Below, piece by piece: positions 35,206 to 45,049 of a DNA stretch of 64,000 nt (its first letter is position 1; the number at the start of each line of letters is the position of its first letter). The stretch is from Alphaproteobacteria bacterium. GTDB lineage: Bacteria; Pseudomonadota; Alphaproteobacteria; Micavibrionales; Micavibrionaceae. Location of the stretch: the NCBI GenBank assembly GCA_021741325.1, contig JAIOYC010000001.1:3906-67905 (forward strand), given 5' to 3'. The notes under the pieces are model-generated. The model worked only from the letters and a program-made list of their open reading frames with translations, was not told the origin of the DNA and made no database searches. Made by a program: the position numbers and the translations under genes.

Positions 35206-36612
35206 ATGAAAAAAGCCATGCGCCCCCTTACGCTTTTTACTATTATTGTTCTGGAAGGCTACGTTGTGCTTTCCGCCGAACTTTTGGCCATACGCGAGAC
35301 CATCCCCTATCTGGGGGGCGGAACGGATACGATCTCGATCATTATCGCGGCCGTCCTCATGCCTCTAGCCCTGGGCTATTACATCGGCGGGCAATTCAAG
35401 CCCCAAGCAGGGCAGAGCCTTCGGAAGAAACTCATATTCAATATACTGAGCGCGATGATATTTCTGATACCCGCGCTCTCTTCCCTTATCCTGGCCCATA
35501 TTTACATCACCCTGATGGAAGCCGGGATCACAAACAGGCTGATTCACGCGGGATTATACGGCGGGCTTCTGATCGCACCCCCCGTTTATCTTCTCGGTCA
35601 GACAATTCCATTGGTAAGCAATTATTTCCGCGCGCAAAGCCTCTCGCGGATCACCGGAAAAATCCTGTTTTTTTCCACGCTGGGTTCCTTCCTTGGCGCG
35701 GTGTTTTCCACGCTGGTGCTGATGAGCCATTTTGGCGTGAACAACACCGCGTGTTTTATTTTCGTCATCTTGCCTTTTCTGGTATTCCTGCTCAGCAAGG
35801 ATAAGGGCGATTCCCCTGTGCGGTTGGCTGTGGGACTGGGGGTTTTTGCGCTGGCGGTGAACTCGAATTTCGCCACGGGGATGTACGGAACCATCAAAAG
35901 CAATCCCTACAATACAATCGGGGTTCTGGAACAGGACGGCGCGCGCCACCTGATCTTGAACAACAATTATTCTTCTAAATACGACGATCAGGGCCGCAAA
36001 TACGACATTATCGAGTTTTGTGAAAAGCTGGCTATCAACCCCATCCTGCAGGCGACTCCCCCCAAAGAAATTCTCGTGATCGGCGCGGGAGGTTTTACGT
36101 TTGGCCATCATGATCGCAACAATCATTACGATTTCGTGGACATAGACAAGGACCTGAAAGAGATCGCGGAGAACTATATCCTGAGAGAAAAGCTCCCTCC
36201 CAATAAAGTCTTCCATGCTGTGCCTGGGCGTGCCTTCCTGTCCGGAACGAAAAAAAAATACGACGTGATTTTCCTGGACACGTACCTGGGATATCTCAGC
36301 ATTCCTGAGCAACTCGTCACGCGGGAATTTTTCCAGCAGGTAAAGGACCGCCTCAAAGACAAGGGCCTGATGCTGGCCAACATCGTGACAACGCCCAATT
36401 TCGGAAGCCCCTTCTCGCGCCATCTGGACGATACAATCCGCAGCGTCTTTCCCAACATATCGCGGGACGTCATGCGGGACGATTACGCCCTGTGGAACGA
36501 TGACCCAAAGGCGCTGGGGAATATCGTTTATATTTACCGGCATCATGCGGAGGCCGATGCCCCGGCGGTCTATACGGATGACTTAAACCGCTCGTTTCTG
36601 GATAAACCTTAA
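35206..36612 (+). CDS. membrane protein fused to a spermidine-synthase-like (class I SAM-fold) domain
   Basis: About 7 N-terminal TM segments, then ILVIGAGGFTFG...YDVIFLDTY, which resembles the aminopropyltransferase/methyltransferase fold. Confidence 0.7.
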   Translation: MKKAMRPLTLFTIIVLEGYVVLSAELLAIRETIPYLGGGTDTISIIIAAVLMPLALGYYIGGQFKPQAGQSLRKKLIFNILSAMIFLIPALSSLILAHIYITLMEAGITNRLIHAGLYGGLLIAPPVYLLGQTIPLVSNYFRAQSLSRITGKILFFSTLGSFLGAVFSTLVLMSHFGVNNTACFIFVILPFLVFLLSKDKGDSPVRLAVGLGVFALAVNSNFATGMYGTIKSNPYNTIGVLEQDGARHLILNNNYSSKYDDQGRKYDIIEFCEKLAINPILQATPPKEILVIGAGGFTFGHHDRNNHYDFVDIDKDLKEIAENYILREKLPPNKVFHAVPGRAFLSGTKKKYDVIFLDTYLGYLSIPEQLVTREFFQQVKDRLKDKGLMLANIVTTPNFGSPFSRHLDDTIRSVFPNISRDVMRDDYALWNDDPKALGNIVYIYRHHAEADAPAVYTDDLNRSFLDKP

Positions 36613-36636
36613 GTCTGGTTTTTTTGGGCATCTGCC

Positions 36637-37407
36637 TTAGCCGCCGCCCAAAAAATAAACCATGCTGTCTTCGAATTCATGCGCCCAGTATAAAAGCCCC
36701 ACCGAAAGAGTCATGGTCATCAGAATAAGAGAGAGCACGATTTGCAGCGGCAAGGCAATCATGAACACCTGCACCTGGGGCATCAAACGCGAGAGCACCC
36801 CCATCCCCACATAAATGAGCGTGGTTAAGATGATAAAAGGCGCGCTGATTTCTATTCCGATCAAAAAACTGCTCGCCACGGCGCGCGCCATCAGATCCGC
36901 CATCGACCCTGAATCCGGAAGAACTCCTATGGGAAACAGTTCGTAGCTTTCCACCACGCCCATGATCAAAAGATGATGGAGATTGGTTGCAAACAAAAAG
37001 ACCACCCCCGTCACCGACAGGAACGCCCCCATCAAAGATCCCTGCGACGCCAGGGAGGGATTGAAAAGCTGCGCGTTGCTGAGCGAGGACGAAAAAGAAA
37101 TGATCATGCCCGCCGTGTCCATCGCCGTCATGAAAATCCGCGCGATCGTGCCGATGAACAAACCCACGATAAATTCCATCCCTATCAAGGGTAACAGCAT
37201 GGCCGGACCCGGCATGGGAGCGGGCACTTTTCCGATCACCAGCGGAAAAAGAACCAGGGAAAGGCCCAGCGCCATATGGAGGCGGATTTTTTGCGGAACG
37301 AAAGAATCGCCCAGTCCCGGCATAATCATGACCGCCGTGCCCATGCGCATAAAAACCAGCATGAAGGCCAAAACGCCGGAGACAAGAAAATCTTCAAGAG
37401 CGTTCAT
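36637..37407 (-). CDS. fliR: flagellar export-gate protein FliR
   Basis: 256-aa polytopic membrane protein with the N-terminus typical of FliR (..FMLVFMRMGTAVMIMPG..). It lies directly downstream of fliQ. Confidence 0.88.
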   Translation of the reverse strand: MNALEDFLVSGVLAFMLVFMRMGTAVMIMPGLGDSFVPQKIRLHMALGLSLVLFPLVIGKVPAPMPGPAMLLPLIGMEFIVGLFIGTIARIFMTAMDTAGMIISFSSSLSNAQLFNPSLASQGSLMGAFLSVTGVVFLFATNLHHLLIMGVVESYELFPIGVLPDSGSMADLMARAVASSFLIGIEISAPFIILTTLIYVGMGVLSRLMPQVQVFMIALPLQIVLSLILMTMTLSVGLLYWAHEFEDSMVYFLGGG

Positions 37408-37410
37408 GCT

Positions 37411-37677
37411 CTATCCCAAGCCTATGATCCGGTCGGCAAGCGTCTCCATGAAAACGGTAAGGGTCTTCATCATGGAGGGCAAAAATACGAACATCGCCAG
37501 AAAAATGGCTAGGATCTTCGGGACGAACACGAGGGTAATTTCCTGAATCTGAGTGAGAGCCTGCAAAAGCGCGATACTCACGCCCACGACCAGGCCAACC
37601 AGCAAAATAGGAGCGCCGATCTCGATGGAAATCATGATGGCTTCCCGAGCCGTCTGGATAACTTCCTCTTCGTTCAT
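37411..37677 (-). CDS. fliQ: flagellar export-gate protein FliQ
   Basis: 88 aa, two TM segments, LLQALTQIQEITLVFVPKI block characteristic of the FliQ/SctS family. Confidence 0.9.
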   Translation of the reverse strand: MNEEEVIQTAREAIMISIEIGAPILLVGLVVGVSIALLQALTQIQEITLVFVPKILAIFLAMFVFLPSMMKTLTVFMETLADRIIGLG

Positions 37678-37743
37678 CCGGTTATCCTAGAGAAGTTTGC
37701 CAATCCTGTCATCCTCGGCGTTTTCTTCCTTCTCTCTCTCTTT

Positions 37744-38865
37744 TTAATCCGTCCATCCGCTTGCCAGCGCGGTGACCAGATTGCCGAGTTTCCGGGCGGC
37801 GTCCGGACGGCCGCACGAGCGCGATTTCTCCGCCGCCCTGAACAAAGTCTGGGGATTTTGCAAAAACGTCTCGATACGCGCCAGAAGCGCGTCCTGGGTA
37901 AACCCGCTTTCCGTCATCATCCAGGCGCCTCCGGCATCGGCCACGGCTTCGGCATTCATCTTTTGCTGCTGGTCCTTATGATGGGGGTAGGGCACAAAAA
38001 TCGCGGGCCGTCCCGCGGCTGTCACCTCCGCCACAGTGCTTGCCCCTGAACGCGCAATCACCAGATGCGCCTCTCTCAGCTGTGTGGCCACATCATCGAA
38101 AAATACCAGAAGGTCCGCTCTTATCCCGCTTTGCGCATACAGCGCGCGCACCCTTTCCTGATCTTCCTCCCGGCATTGCTGTACGATATGAAGGCGCGCC
38201 TTATAGTCAGCCGGCAGCCGGGTGAGAGTCGGGGGCACGACATCCGCAAACACCCGCGCCGCCTGAGAGCCCCCCATGATGAATATCCGCAATGCTCCGT
38301 TGTCCCGAACGGACGGATATGGCGCGGTATACAGAGCCGCGATTTCGGGCCGCACTGGATTCCCAGTCAGAACGGCCCGCGCCTTGTCCGCATCGTCCAG
38401 CCCCGAAACGGCGGGCAGGGACAGCGCTATGCGCGACGCCCGCGACGCCAGGAAAGCATTGGCCTTCCCGATAATGGCGTTTTGCTCATGAATGACCGTG
38501 GGAATTTTCAAAAGCTGCGCCGCGTAGACCATAGGAAACGATGAGTATCCTCCAAAGCCGACAACCACAGCGGGCTTAAGTCTCCGGATCAGGCGAAAAG
38601 CCTGGAACAGGCCCAACCCCACCGCCGCCAGACCCGCAACCTTCCCCTTCAGCCCCGGGCGCAATGTTCCGGCACTGATGAGGTGCGCCCGCATTTCTTC
38701 AAAAAGGCCCGTGTACGCCATACCCCGGCGATCCGTGACCATCTCGACCAGATAGCCACGGGAGAGAAGATCCCGCGCCAGGGCTTGCGCGGGCATGATG
38801 TGCCCTCCGGTTCCCCCGGCGCTCAGCAAAATCAATTTCAAATCCCCTATGGGCCGGGTGTTCAT
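37744..38865 (-). CDS. murG: UDP-N-acetylglucosamine--N-acetylmuramyl-(pentapeptide) pyrophosphoryl-undecaprenol GlcNAc transferase
   Basis: GGTGGHIMPAQALARDL N-terminal motif, 373 aa, 4-nt overlap with ftsW. Confidence 0.93.
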   Translation of the reverse strand: MNTRPIGDLKLILLSAGGTGGHIMPAQALARDLLSRGYLVEMVTDRRGMAYTGLFEEMRAHLISAGTLRPGLKGKVAGLAAVGLGLFQAFRLIRRLKPAVVVGFGGYSSFPMVYAAQLLKIPTVIHEQNAIIGKANAFLASRASRIALSLPAVSGLDDADKARAVLTGNPVRPEIAALYTAPYPSVRDNGALRIFIMGGSQAARVFADVVPPTLTRLPADYKARLHIVQQCREEDQERVRALYAQSGIRADLLVFFDDVATQLREAHLVIARSGASTVAEVTAAGRPAIFVPYPHHKDQQQKMNAEAVADAGGAWMMTESGFTQDALLARIETFLQNPQTLFRAAEKSRSCGRPDAARKLGNLVTALASGWTD

Positions 38866-40085
38866 TTCTGTTTCTCTCCCGCGCTGTTTGAAGGGCCTGC
38901 CATTGGGAAAACGAGCAATCCCGCGCCTCGGGACAGACCGGTTTTCACCTGTCGCCGCGTGAGAGCAAGGATCGCGCCCGTGGCAAATCCGATAGAGAGC
39001 AAGGAGGATCCCCCGTAACTGATAAAAGGCAGCGTCATCCCCTTCGCGGGGAGAATATTAAGGCTGGACCCCATATGCACAAACGCCTGCAGGCCGAACA
39101 TGGTGAGTAAACCGCCGCCCGCAAGCAGGGGAAACATATCTCCGGCCTCCATCAGCCGCCCAAATCCGCGCAGAAAAATAAAGGCAAATACGCCGATCAG
39201 GATCAAGGAAAAGATTAGACCCATTTCTTCCCCGCCCACCGCGAAAATAAAATCCGCATGAGCATCGGGCAAATGCATCTTGACGGTCCCTTGTCCCGGC
39301 CCTGTTCCTAGAAACCCCCCGTTCTGAAAAGCTTCTATGGATTTTTCCACCTGGTAATTATCGCCGATCTCGGGATTGAAAAAACGATCGATTCTGCTCT
39401 GCACGTGCGAAAAGGACAAATACGCGACCACCACGCCCCCCGCTCCAGCGCCCGCCAGAACGATCAGGTAACGCAGCGGCAGGCCGGCCAGAAAAATCTG
39501 GGCGGCCCAGCCGCATGTAATGGTAAACGTCATCCCGAAATCTGGCTGAAGCAGCAAAAGCGCGGCCACCATCGCATACAGCCCCGCCGCCATCAGGGTG
39601 CCCCGCCCGCCCACGCGCGGCCGCGCGCGGGCATCCTCTTCCTGGGGCCGGGGGCGCTGGCTCATGAGCCAGGCCGCCATGATCAGGAAAGAGGGCTTGA
39701 TGAACTCGCTGGGCTGCAGGGAAAAACCGGGCAGATGAATCCAGCGGCGCGCACCCTTGATCTCCATGCCCGAGACCAAAACCAGAACCAGGCCTAGGGC
39801 GCTTAAGCTGAACAGCACGACAGACACACGCCAAACCTGCCGGTGGCCCAGCGTGGAGATGCCCAGAAGCAAGGCCAGCGCGGGAATCAGGACGGCCAGA
39901 TGGCGGACCAGAAAATGGTAATGCCACAGATTGAGGTGTTCCGCGATGGGAGGGCTGGCCGTGGCGATGAGCGCCACGCCGATCGCCACCAGAATCAGGA
40001 AAGCGGCCAGCAGGCCGCGATCAACGGTCCACCACCACTGCGCCAGAAAGGAACTGTCCGTACGGTCAAACAGGCTCATGTGCAA
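38862..40085 (-). CDS. ftsW: SEDS-family peptidoglycan glycosyltransferase FtsW
   Basis: About 10 TM segments, LPDAHADFIFAVGGEEMG SEDS motif, adjacent to murG. Confidence 0.9.
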   Translation of the reverse strand: MHMSLFDRTDSSFLAQWWWTVDRGLLAAFLILVAIGVALIATASPPIAEHLNLWHYHFLVRHLAVLIPALALLLGISTLGHRQVWRVSVVLFSLSALGLVLVLVSGMEIKGARRWIHLPGFSLQPSEFIKPSFLIMAAWLMSQRPRPQEEDARARPRVGGRGTLMAAGLYAMVAALLLLQPDFGMTFTITCGWAAQIFLAGLPLRYLIVLAGAGAGGVVVAYLSFSHVQSRIDRFFNPEIGDNYQVEKSIEAFQNGGFLGTGPGQGTVKMHLPDAHADFIFAVGGEEMGLIFSLILIGVFAFIFLRGFGRLMEAGDMFPLLAGGGLLTMFGLQAFVHMGSSLNILPAKGMTLPFISYGGSSLLSIGFATGAILALTRRQVKTGLSRGAGLLVFPMAGPSNSAGEKQK

Positions 40086-40173
40086 AGCCTATCCGCAAAC
40101 CACGTGTTTGAGAACCCCGATTTCAATGGGTTCCCCGTTTGACGGCGCACAGAAATAAAAGTAACCTCCCGCC

Positions 40174-41148
40174 ATGACCGCACACACCCTTACCCGTGAA
40201 ATCGTCGCGGAGCTTTACCGCCGCCCCCTCTTGGATCTCGTGTTCGAGGCCGCCGGAATTCACCGCGCGCACCATAACCCCGCCGAGATGCAGATGTGCA
40301 CTCTGCTTTCGATCAAAACGGGCGGTTGCCCCGAGGATTGCGGTTATTGCTCCCAGTCCATCCACAACAATGCGGCTCTGGAAAAAGAGACGCTCCTGAA
40401 GACCGATGATGTCCTGATCCAGGCGCAAAAAGCCGCCGCAGCCGGCTCCACCCGTTTTTGCATGGGCGCGGCCTGGCGTGATGTAAAGGATGGTCGGGGA
40501 TTTGACCGTGTCCTGGACATGGTGCGCGGCGTGCGCGATCTGGGCATGGAAGCCTGCTGTACGCTCGGCATGTTGAGCGCGGAACAGGCCAAAAAGCTCA
40601 AGGATGCCGGACTGACCGCCTATAATCACAATCTCGACACGTCCGAGGAATTCTACGGCAAAATCATCACCACGCGCACCTATCAGGATCGCCTCGACAC
40701 CATCGAAAATGTGGCCAAAGCGGGGATCTCTCTGTGCTGCGGGGGGATCTTGGGCTTAGGAGAATCGCAGGATGACCGTGTGTCCCTTTTGCACCGACTG
40801 GCCACCCTGGACCCGCAGCCTGAATCCGTACCCATCAACATGTTGGTTCCCGTGGAAGGCACCCGCCTTGAAAATGCGCCTCCGCTGGATATTTTTGAAT
40901 GGATTCGCTGTATTGCCGTGGCCCGTATTCTGATGCCGCGCGCCATGGTGCGCTTGTCCGCCGGACGGCTATCCATTGGCCGGGAAGCGCAGGCGCTTGC
41001 TTTTCTCGCAGGCGCGAACGCCATTTTCACGGGCGACAAGCTTTTGACGACCCCCAACCCCGATGCGAACGAAGATTCGGCCCTTCTGGCTGAACTGGGC
41101 CTGCGACCCCGCGCGCCGGACAAGGAGTCCGAACAGAAAGCGGCTTAG
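40174..41148 (+). CDS. bioB: biotin synthase
   Basis: Radical-SAM motif [15 protein letters not shown], 324 aa. Confidence 0.95.
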   Translation: MTAHTLTREIVAELYRRPLLDLVFEAAGIHRAHHNPAEMQMCTLLSIKTGGCPEDCGYCSQSIHNNAALEKETLLKTDDVLIQAQKAAAAGSTRFCMGAAWRDVKDGRGFDRVLDMVRGVRDLGMEACCTLGMLSAEQAKKLKDAGLTAYNHNLDTSEEFYGKIITTRTYQDRLDTIENVAKAGISLCCGGILGLGESQDDRVSLLHRLATLDPQPESVPINMLVPVEGTRLENAPPLDIFEWIRCIAVARILMPRAMVRLSAGRLSIGREAQALAFLAGANAIFTGDKLLTTPNPDANEDSALLAELGLRPRAPDKESEQKAA

Positions 41149-41150
41149 CG

Positions 41151-41732
41151 TTGGAAACCGTGCCCCATCCCAAAGACGATTTGCGCAAGGAAGCACGGCG
41201 CCACCGCGCCTTCGCCAGCCCGAAACCCGGGGATTTCGATGCGGCGGCAGATCTTTTTTTTGAAAGCCTTAAGCCTGTGCTTCCTCACATCATCGGGGCC
41301 TACTGGCCCAAGGGGCGCGAATTCGACCCCATGCCCGTCCTGGAACGATTCCACGCGCAGGGCGGCCTGTGCGCGCTTCCCGTCATGCAGGGGGAAAGCC
41401 GTATATTGAAATTCGCCCCCTGGACGCCGCAGACGATCATGATCGAAGGCCCCCACCATATTCTCCAGCCCGCGACCGATGAAGGAGCCCCCTGGGTGGA
41501 GCCCGATATCCTCATCGTTCCGTTGCTGGCCTTCGATCGGCGCGGCGGACGCCTCGGACAGGGCGGAGGGTATTACGACGCGACGCTGGCGGCCCTGCGG
41601 GCATCAAAAACAATCCGGGCGGTCGGTTTTGCGTATGCGGAGCAGGCCTGCCTCTTCAATCTGCCCCTGGAACCCCACGACCAGCGGCTCGACTGGGTTA
41701 TCACGCCGGAGAAGGCGCATTCTTTCGGTTGA
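41151..41732 (+). CDS. 5-formyltetrahydrofolate cyclo-ligase
   Basis: LLAFDRRGGRLGQGGGYYD C-terminal motif. Non-ATG start as in the track (TTG 41151; GTG 41160 is possible). Confidence 0.8.
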   Translation: METVPHPKDDLRKEARRHRAFASPKPGDFDAAADLFFESLKPVLPHIIGAYWPKGREFDPMPVLERFHAQGGLCALPVMQGESRILKFAPWTPQTIMIEGPHHILQPATDEGAPWVEPDILIVPLLAFDRRGGRLGQGGGYYDATLAALRASKTIRAVGFAYAEQACLFNLPLEPHDQRLDWVITPEKAHSFG

Positions 41733-41793
41733 TTTGTCCGGGCGGATCTTCCTATAATCCGTTTCAATTTTATGTCACAAAAAATAGAATGTT

Positions 41794-42039
41794 ATGAATA
41801 TAAAGAATTCCACCATACAATTTAGACTTAAATCTCTTTGGTGGCCCTTGGTGAGCGCAGGGGTACTTATACTTTGCACGACTTTTAATGTCGCCAACGA
41901 CGCATCCAAGTTCCAGAAAGAATTCCACGAGGACACAAACACCATTATCCGGAATCTTGAAAAAATAGAGAAGGATGAGAAGCAAAAGGGTCTCGCTTCT
42001 CCTCCGTCTTTGCAAAGTCCGAAAAAACCGGGCCTTTAA
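41794..42039 (+). CDS. small hypothetical membrane-anchored protein
   Basis: 81 aa, one TM segment (LWWPLVSAGVLILCTTF), AT-rich. It ends 4 nt before the ymdB-like start. Confidence 0.4.
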   Translation: MNIKNSTIQFRLKSLWWPLVSAGVLILCTTFNVANDASKFQKEFHEDTNTIIRNLEKIEKDEKQKGLASPPSLQSPKKPGL

Positions 42040-42043
42040 AGAT

Positions 42044-42862
42044 ATGCGCATAATTTTTATTGGCGATATTATGGGACGGTCCGGGCGCGACGCGCTGGAA
42101 GCGCATCTGCCTTCCCTGCGCGAACGCCTCAGGCCCGACATCGTCATCGTCAATGGCGAGAACGCGGCCAACGGCGCGGGCATCACTGAGAAAATCTGCG
42201 CTCAGTTCTACGGCTGGGGGGTGGATTGCATCACCACGGGCAATCATGTCTGGGACCAGCGGGAAGCGCTCTCTTACATCAACCGCGACAAAAAGCTCCT
42301 GCGCCCCGCGAATTTCCCGGACGGCACGCCGGGACACGGAGTTTTGCGCCATACCTTATCCGACGGACGCGTGATCGTGATCGTCAACGCCATGGGCCGG
42401 CTGTTCATGGACGCGCTGGACGACCCCTTCCGCGCCGTCGCGCAGGAAATCAAAAACGAACGCCTCGGCCAGACCGCGCAGGCGATTTTCGTGGATTTCC
42501 ACGCCGAAACCACCAGCGAGAAAATGTCCTTCGGGCATTATTTCGACGGGCGGGTCTCTGCTGTGATCGGCACGCACACCCATATCCCGACGGCGGACGC
42601 GCATATTCTGCAAGGCGGCACGGCGTACATGACCGACGCCGGCATGACGGGCGACTACAACAGCGTCATCGGCGTGGAAAAAGACATAGCGGTTCATCGT
42701 TTCGTCAAGAAAACCCCCACCGAGAAAATGAGGCCCGCCGACGGCGAAGCCACCTTGTGCGGTGCTCTGGTTATAACCAACGACCGTACGGGCCTGGCCG
42801 AGAGCATCGAGCCGCTCAAGATGGGGGGAATTTTGCCTCCTGCCTGGCCTGATCTGGGGTGA
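42044..42862 (+). CDS. YmdB-like metallophosphoesterase (TIGR00282 family)
   Basis: The internal ATG gives MRIIFIGDIMGRSGRDAL. VIVNGENAANGAGIT and GTHTHIPTAD motifs. Confidence 0.88.
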   Translation: MRIIFIGDIMGRSGRDALEAHLPSLRERLRPDIVIVNGENAANGAGITEKICAQFYGWGVDCITTGNHVWDQREALSYINRDKKLLRPANFPDGTPGHGVLRHTLSDGRVIVIVNAMGRLFMDALDDPFRAVAQEIKNERLGQTAQAIFVDFHAETTSEKMSFGHYFDGRVSAVIGTHTHIPTADAHILQGGTAYMTDAGMTGDYNSVIGVEKDIAVHRFVKKTPTEKMRPADGEATLCGALVITNDRTGLAESIEPLKMGGILPPAWPDLG

Positions 42863-42893
42863 ATATCGGCCCGAATTCCTGTAGACTGCGTTC

Positions 42894-44348
42894 ATGAGCA
42901 AGCCCTCGCAAAATCTCGACCTGAGGCAATCACAAAACCTCGTCATGACGCCGCAGCTCCAGCAGGCGATCAAGATGCTTCAGCTCAATAATATCGAGCT
43001 GACCGCGATGGTCGAGGAGGAGCTGGCGCAAAACCCTCTCCTGGAGAAAGCCGAGCCCGAAAATGAATCCGGCGCGGAAAATCAACCCGAGCCTGAATCC
43101 AAAGACCAGGTCCAGGCCGAATTCGACGATGCCTGGACCGGCAATGAATCGGGCCCCGGCGATTTTGATCCGGGATCTTCCATGGCCGATATGGGCGCAG
43201 GCGGAAGCCTGAAATTTGAGCTCATGGAGGATAGTTTCGAAAACCGCATGAGCCGGCCGGAAACACTGCGTGAACATCTGACGGAGCAGCTTTATCTCAG
43301 CCTGGACGATCCGCGCGACCGCATGATCGGCAGCCTTCTGATCGATCAGCTTGACGAGGCGGGTTATATGCGCGGCGACCACGCCGAGATCGCGGCGCAG
43401 CTGGGTTGCTCGGCGGAGCGCATGGAGCGCCTGCTTGCGATTTTGAAAAAATTCGATCCGGCGGGCGTGTTTGCGGCGGATCTCAGCGAATGCCTCGCAC
43501 TCCAGCTTGAGGAGCGCGGCCAGCTGGACGGACCGATGCGCGCCCTGCTGCGCAATCTGGACCGGTTGGGACAGCGGGATTATAAGGGGCTGGCGGCTTT
43601 GTGCGGCGTGAACGAAACCTATGTGCGCGACATGGCGGAGGAAATCCGGGCGCTCAACCCGAAACCCGCCGGGGATTTCGACCATCTGGTGGTTCAGACC
43701 GCCATTCCCGACGTCCTGATGAAGCGCCTGCCCAAAAATCTTGGCGGAGGATGGCGGGTGGAGCTCAATCACGAAACCCTGCCCCGGGTACTCATCAACC
43801 AGGAGTACTACACGCAGGTCGCGGGCTCCGCCACGCAAAAAAAAGACAAGGAGTATCTGAGCACTCAGCTTAACTCGGCCAACTGGCTGGTCCGCGCCAT
43901 GGATCAGCGTGCGCAGACCATCCTGAAAGTCGCGGGCGAAATCGTGGAACAGCAAGACGCCTTCTTCAATTACGGGATTGAATTCCTGCGCCCCATGAAA
44001 CTGCGCGACATTTCCGAGATCATCGACATGCATGAAAGCACGGTCAGCCGGGTGACCACCAACAAGTATATAGGTACCCCGCGCGGCCTTTTCGAACTCA
44101 AATTTTTCTTCACGACCGCCCTGGGGGGTGAAGACGGGGGTATGGCGCATTCTGCCGAATCGGTGAAGGCCCGCATCCGCACGCTGATCGAGGAAGAAAA
44201 CCCGAAAAAAATTCTTTCGGACGATAAAATCGTGGACATTCTCAAGAAGGAAGGCGTCGATATCGCCCGGCGCACAGTGGCCAAATACCGGGAAGGATTG
44301 AATATAGGATCATCGGTGGAACGGCGGCGGGACAAAAAGAACCCTTGA
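42894..44348 (+). CDS. rpoN: RNA polymerase sigma-54 factor
   Basis: N-terminal Q/L-rich region I, acidic region II, C-terminal RpoN box ARRTVAKYREGL. Confidence 0.95.
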   Translation: MSKPSQNLDLRQSQNLVMTPQLQQAIKMLQLNNIELTAMVEEELAQNPLLEKAEPENESGAENQPEPESKDQVQAEFDDAWTGNESGPGDFDPGSSMADMGAGGSLKFELMEDSFENRMSRPETLREHLTEQLYLSLDDPRDRMIGSLLIDQLDEAGYMRGDHAEIAAQLGCSAERMERLLAILKKFDPAGVFAADLSECLALQLEERGQLDGPMRALLRNLDRLGQRDYKGLAALCGVNETYVRDMAEEIRALNPKPAGDFDHLVVQTAIPDVLMKRLPKNLGGGWRVELNHETLPRVLINQEYYTQVAGSATQKKDKEYLSTQLNSANWLVRAMDQRAQTILKVAGEIVEQQDAFFNYGIEFLRPMKLRDISEIIDMHESTVSRVTTNKYIGTPRGLFELKFFFTTALGGEDGGMAHSAESVKARIRTLIEEENPKKILSDDKIVDILKKEGVDIARRTVAKYREGLNIGSSVERRRDKKNP

Positions 44349-44352
44349 GACG

Positions 44353-44382
44353 TTGGTTGTTCAGGGGGTTTTGTGCTATAAT
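44353..44382 (+). promoter_or_regulatory. putative sigma70 promoter of hpf with an extended -10
   Basis: TTGGTT-N18-(tgc)TATAAT at 44377-44382, about 40 nt upstream of the hpf ATG. Confidence 0.45.
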
Positions 44383-44423
44383 GGTACAGTCGATCCCGAA
44401 AATTAAAATCAAAGGAAAAACCG

Positions 44424-45017
44424 ATGGAACTGAACGTTCATGGAAAGCAGATGGATGTGGGCGATGCTTTGCGCACGCATGTCAATGAAAAGCTCGAAGA
44501 GCTGAACCATAAATATTTTAACCACGGTACGTTTGCGAATGTGACATTCTCCCGCGAGGGCCATGGGCACAAACAGACCAAAGTGCACATCTCCATCAAA
44601 ATGGGGCGCAATATCATGGTGGTGGCAGATACGACCGAACTGGACCCGTACGTGGCCTTCGATGCCGCCGCGGGAAAGGTAGGCAAGCAGCTTCGCCGCT
44701 ACAAGCGCAAACTGCGCGACCATCATGAGCGTCTGGAAAAAACCCCGGAAACCGAACTCACCAAGGCCACGGACTATGTGCTGGCCGCCGCTCCCGAGCA
44801 GGACGATGAACCGCAGGAAATGCACGAAGAGCCCATCGTCATAGCGGAAATGGCCGTGCATATCGTGAGCATGAGCGTGTCCGAGGCGTCCATGCGCCTG
44901 GACTTGAGCGGCCAAAACGCGATCCTCTTTAAAAATGCCAGCCACGGCGGGCTGAATATGGTGTATCGCCGTCCCGACGGCAATATCGGCTGGGTCGATC
45001 CCACAGACCGAGGATAG
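44424..45017 (+). CDS. hpf: ribosome hibernation promoting factor (long form)
   Basis: MELNVHGKQMDVGDALRTHVNEKL N-terminal S30AE domain plus a C-terminal dimerisation domain. Canonical position after rpoN. Confidence 0.92.
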   Translation: MELNVHGKQMDVGDALRTHVNEKLEELNHKYFNHGTFANVTFSREGHGHKQTKVHISIKMGRNIMVVADTTELDPYVAFDAAAGKVGKQLRRYKRKLRDHHERLEKTPETELTKATDYVLAAAPEQDDEPQEMHEEPIVIAEMAVHIVSMSVSEASMRLDLSGQNAILFKNASHGGLNMVYRRPDGNIGWVDPTDRG

Positions 45018-45049
45018 ACCAGCGGCCTTCTGGATCTTGGCCCTGTGTC

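Noticed and set aside
41149-41160. Looked for a 6S RNA (ssrS) upstream of the 5-formyl-THF cyclo-ligase gene, a linkage known from E. coli and many proteobacteria
   Set aside because: bioB ends 2 nt before the cyclo-ligase start, so there is no room for an RNA gene. The AT-rich region downstream (41733-42043) is better explained by a small ORF and the ymdB promoter.
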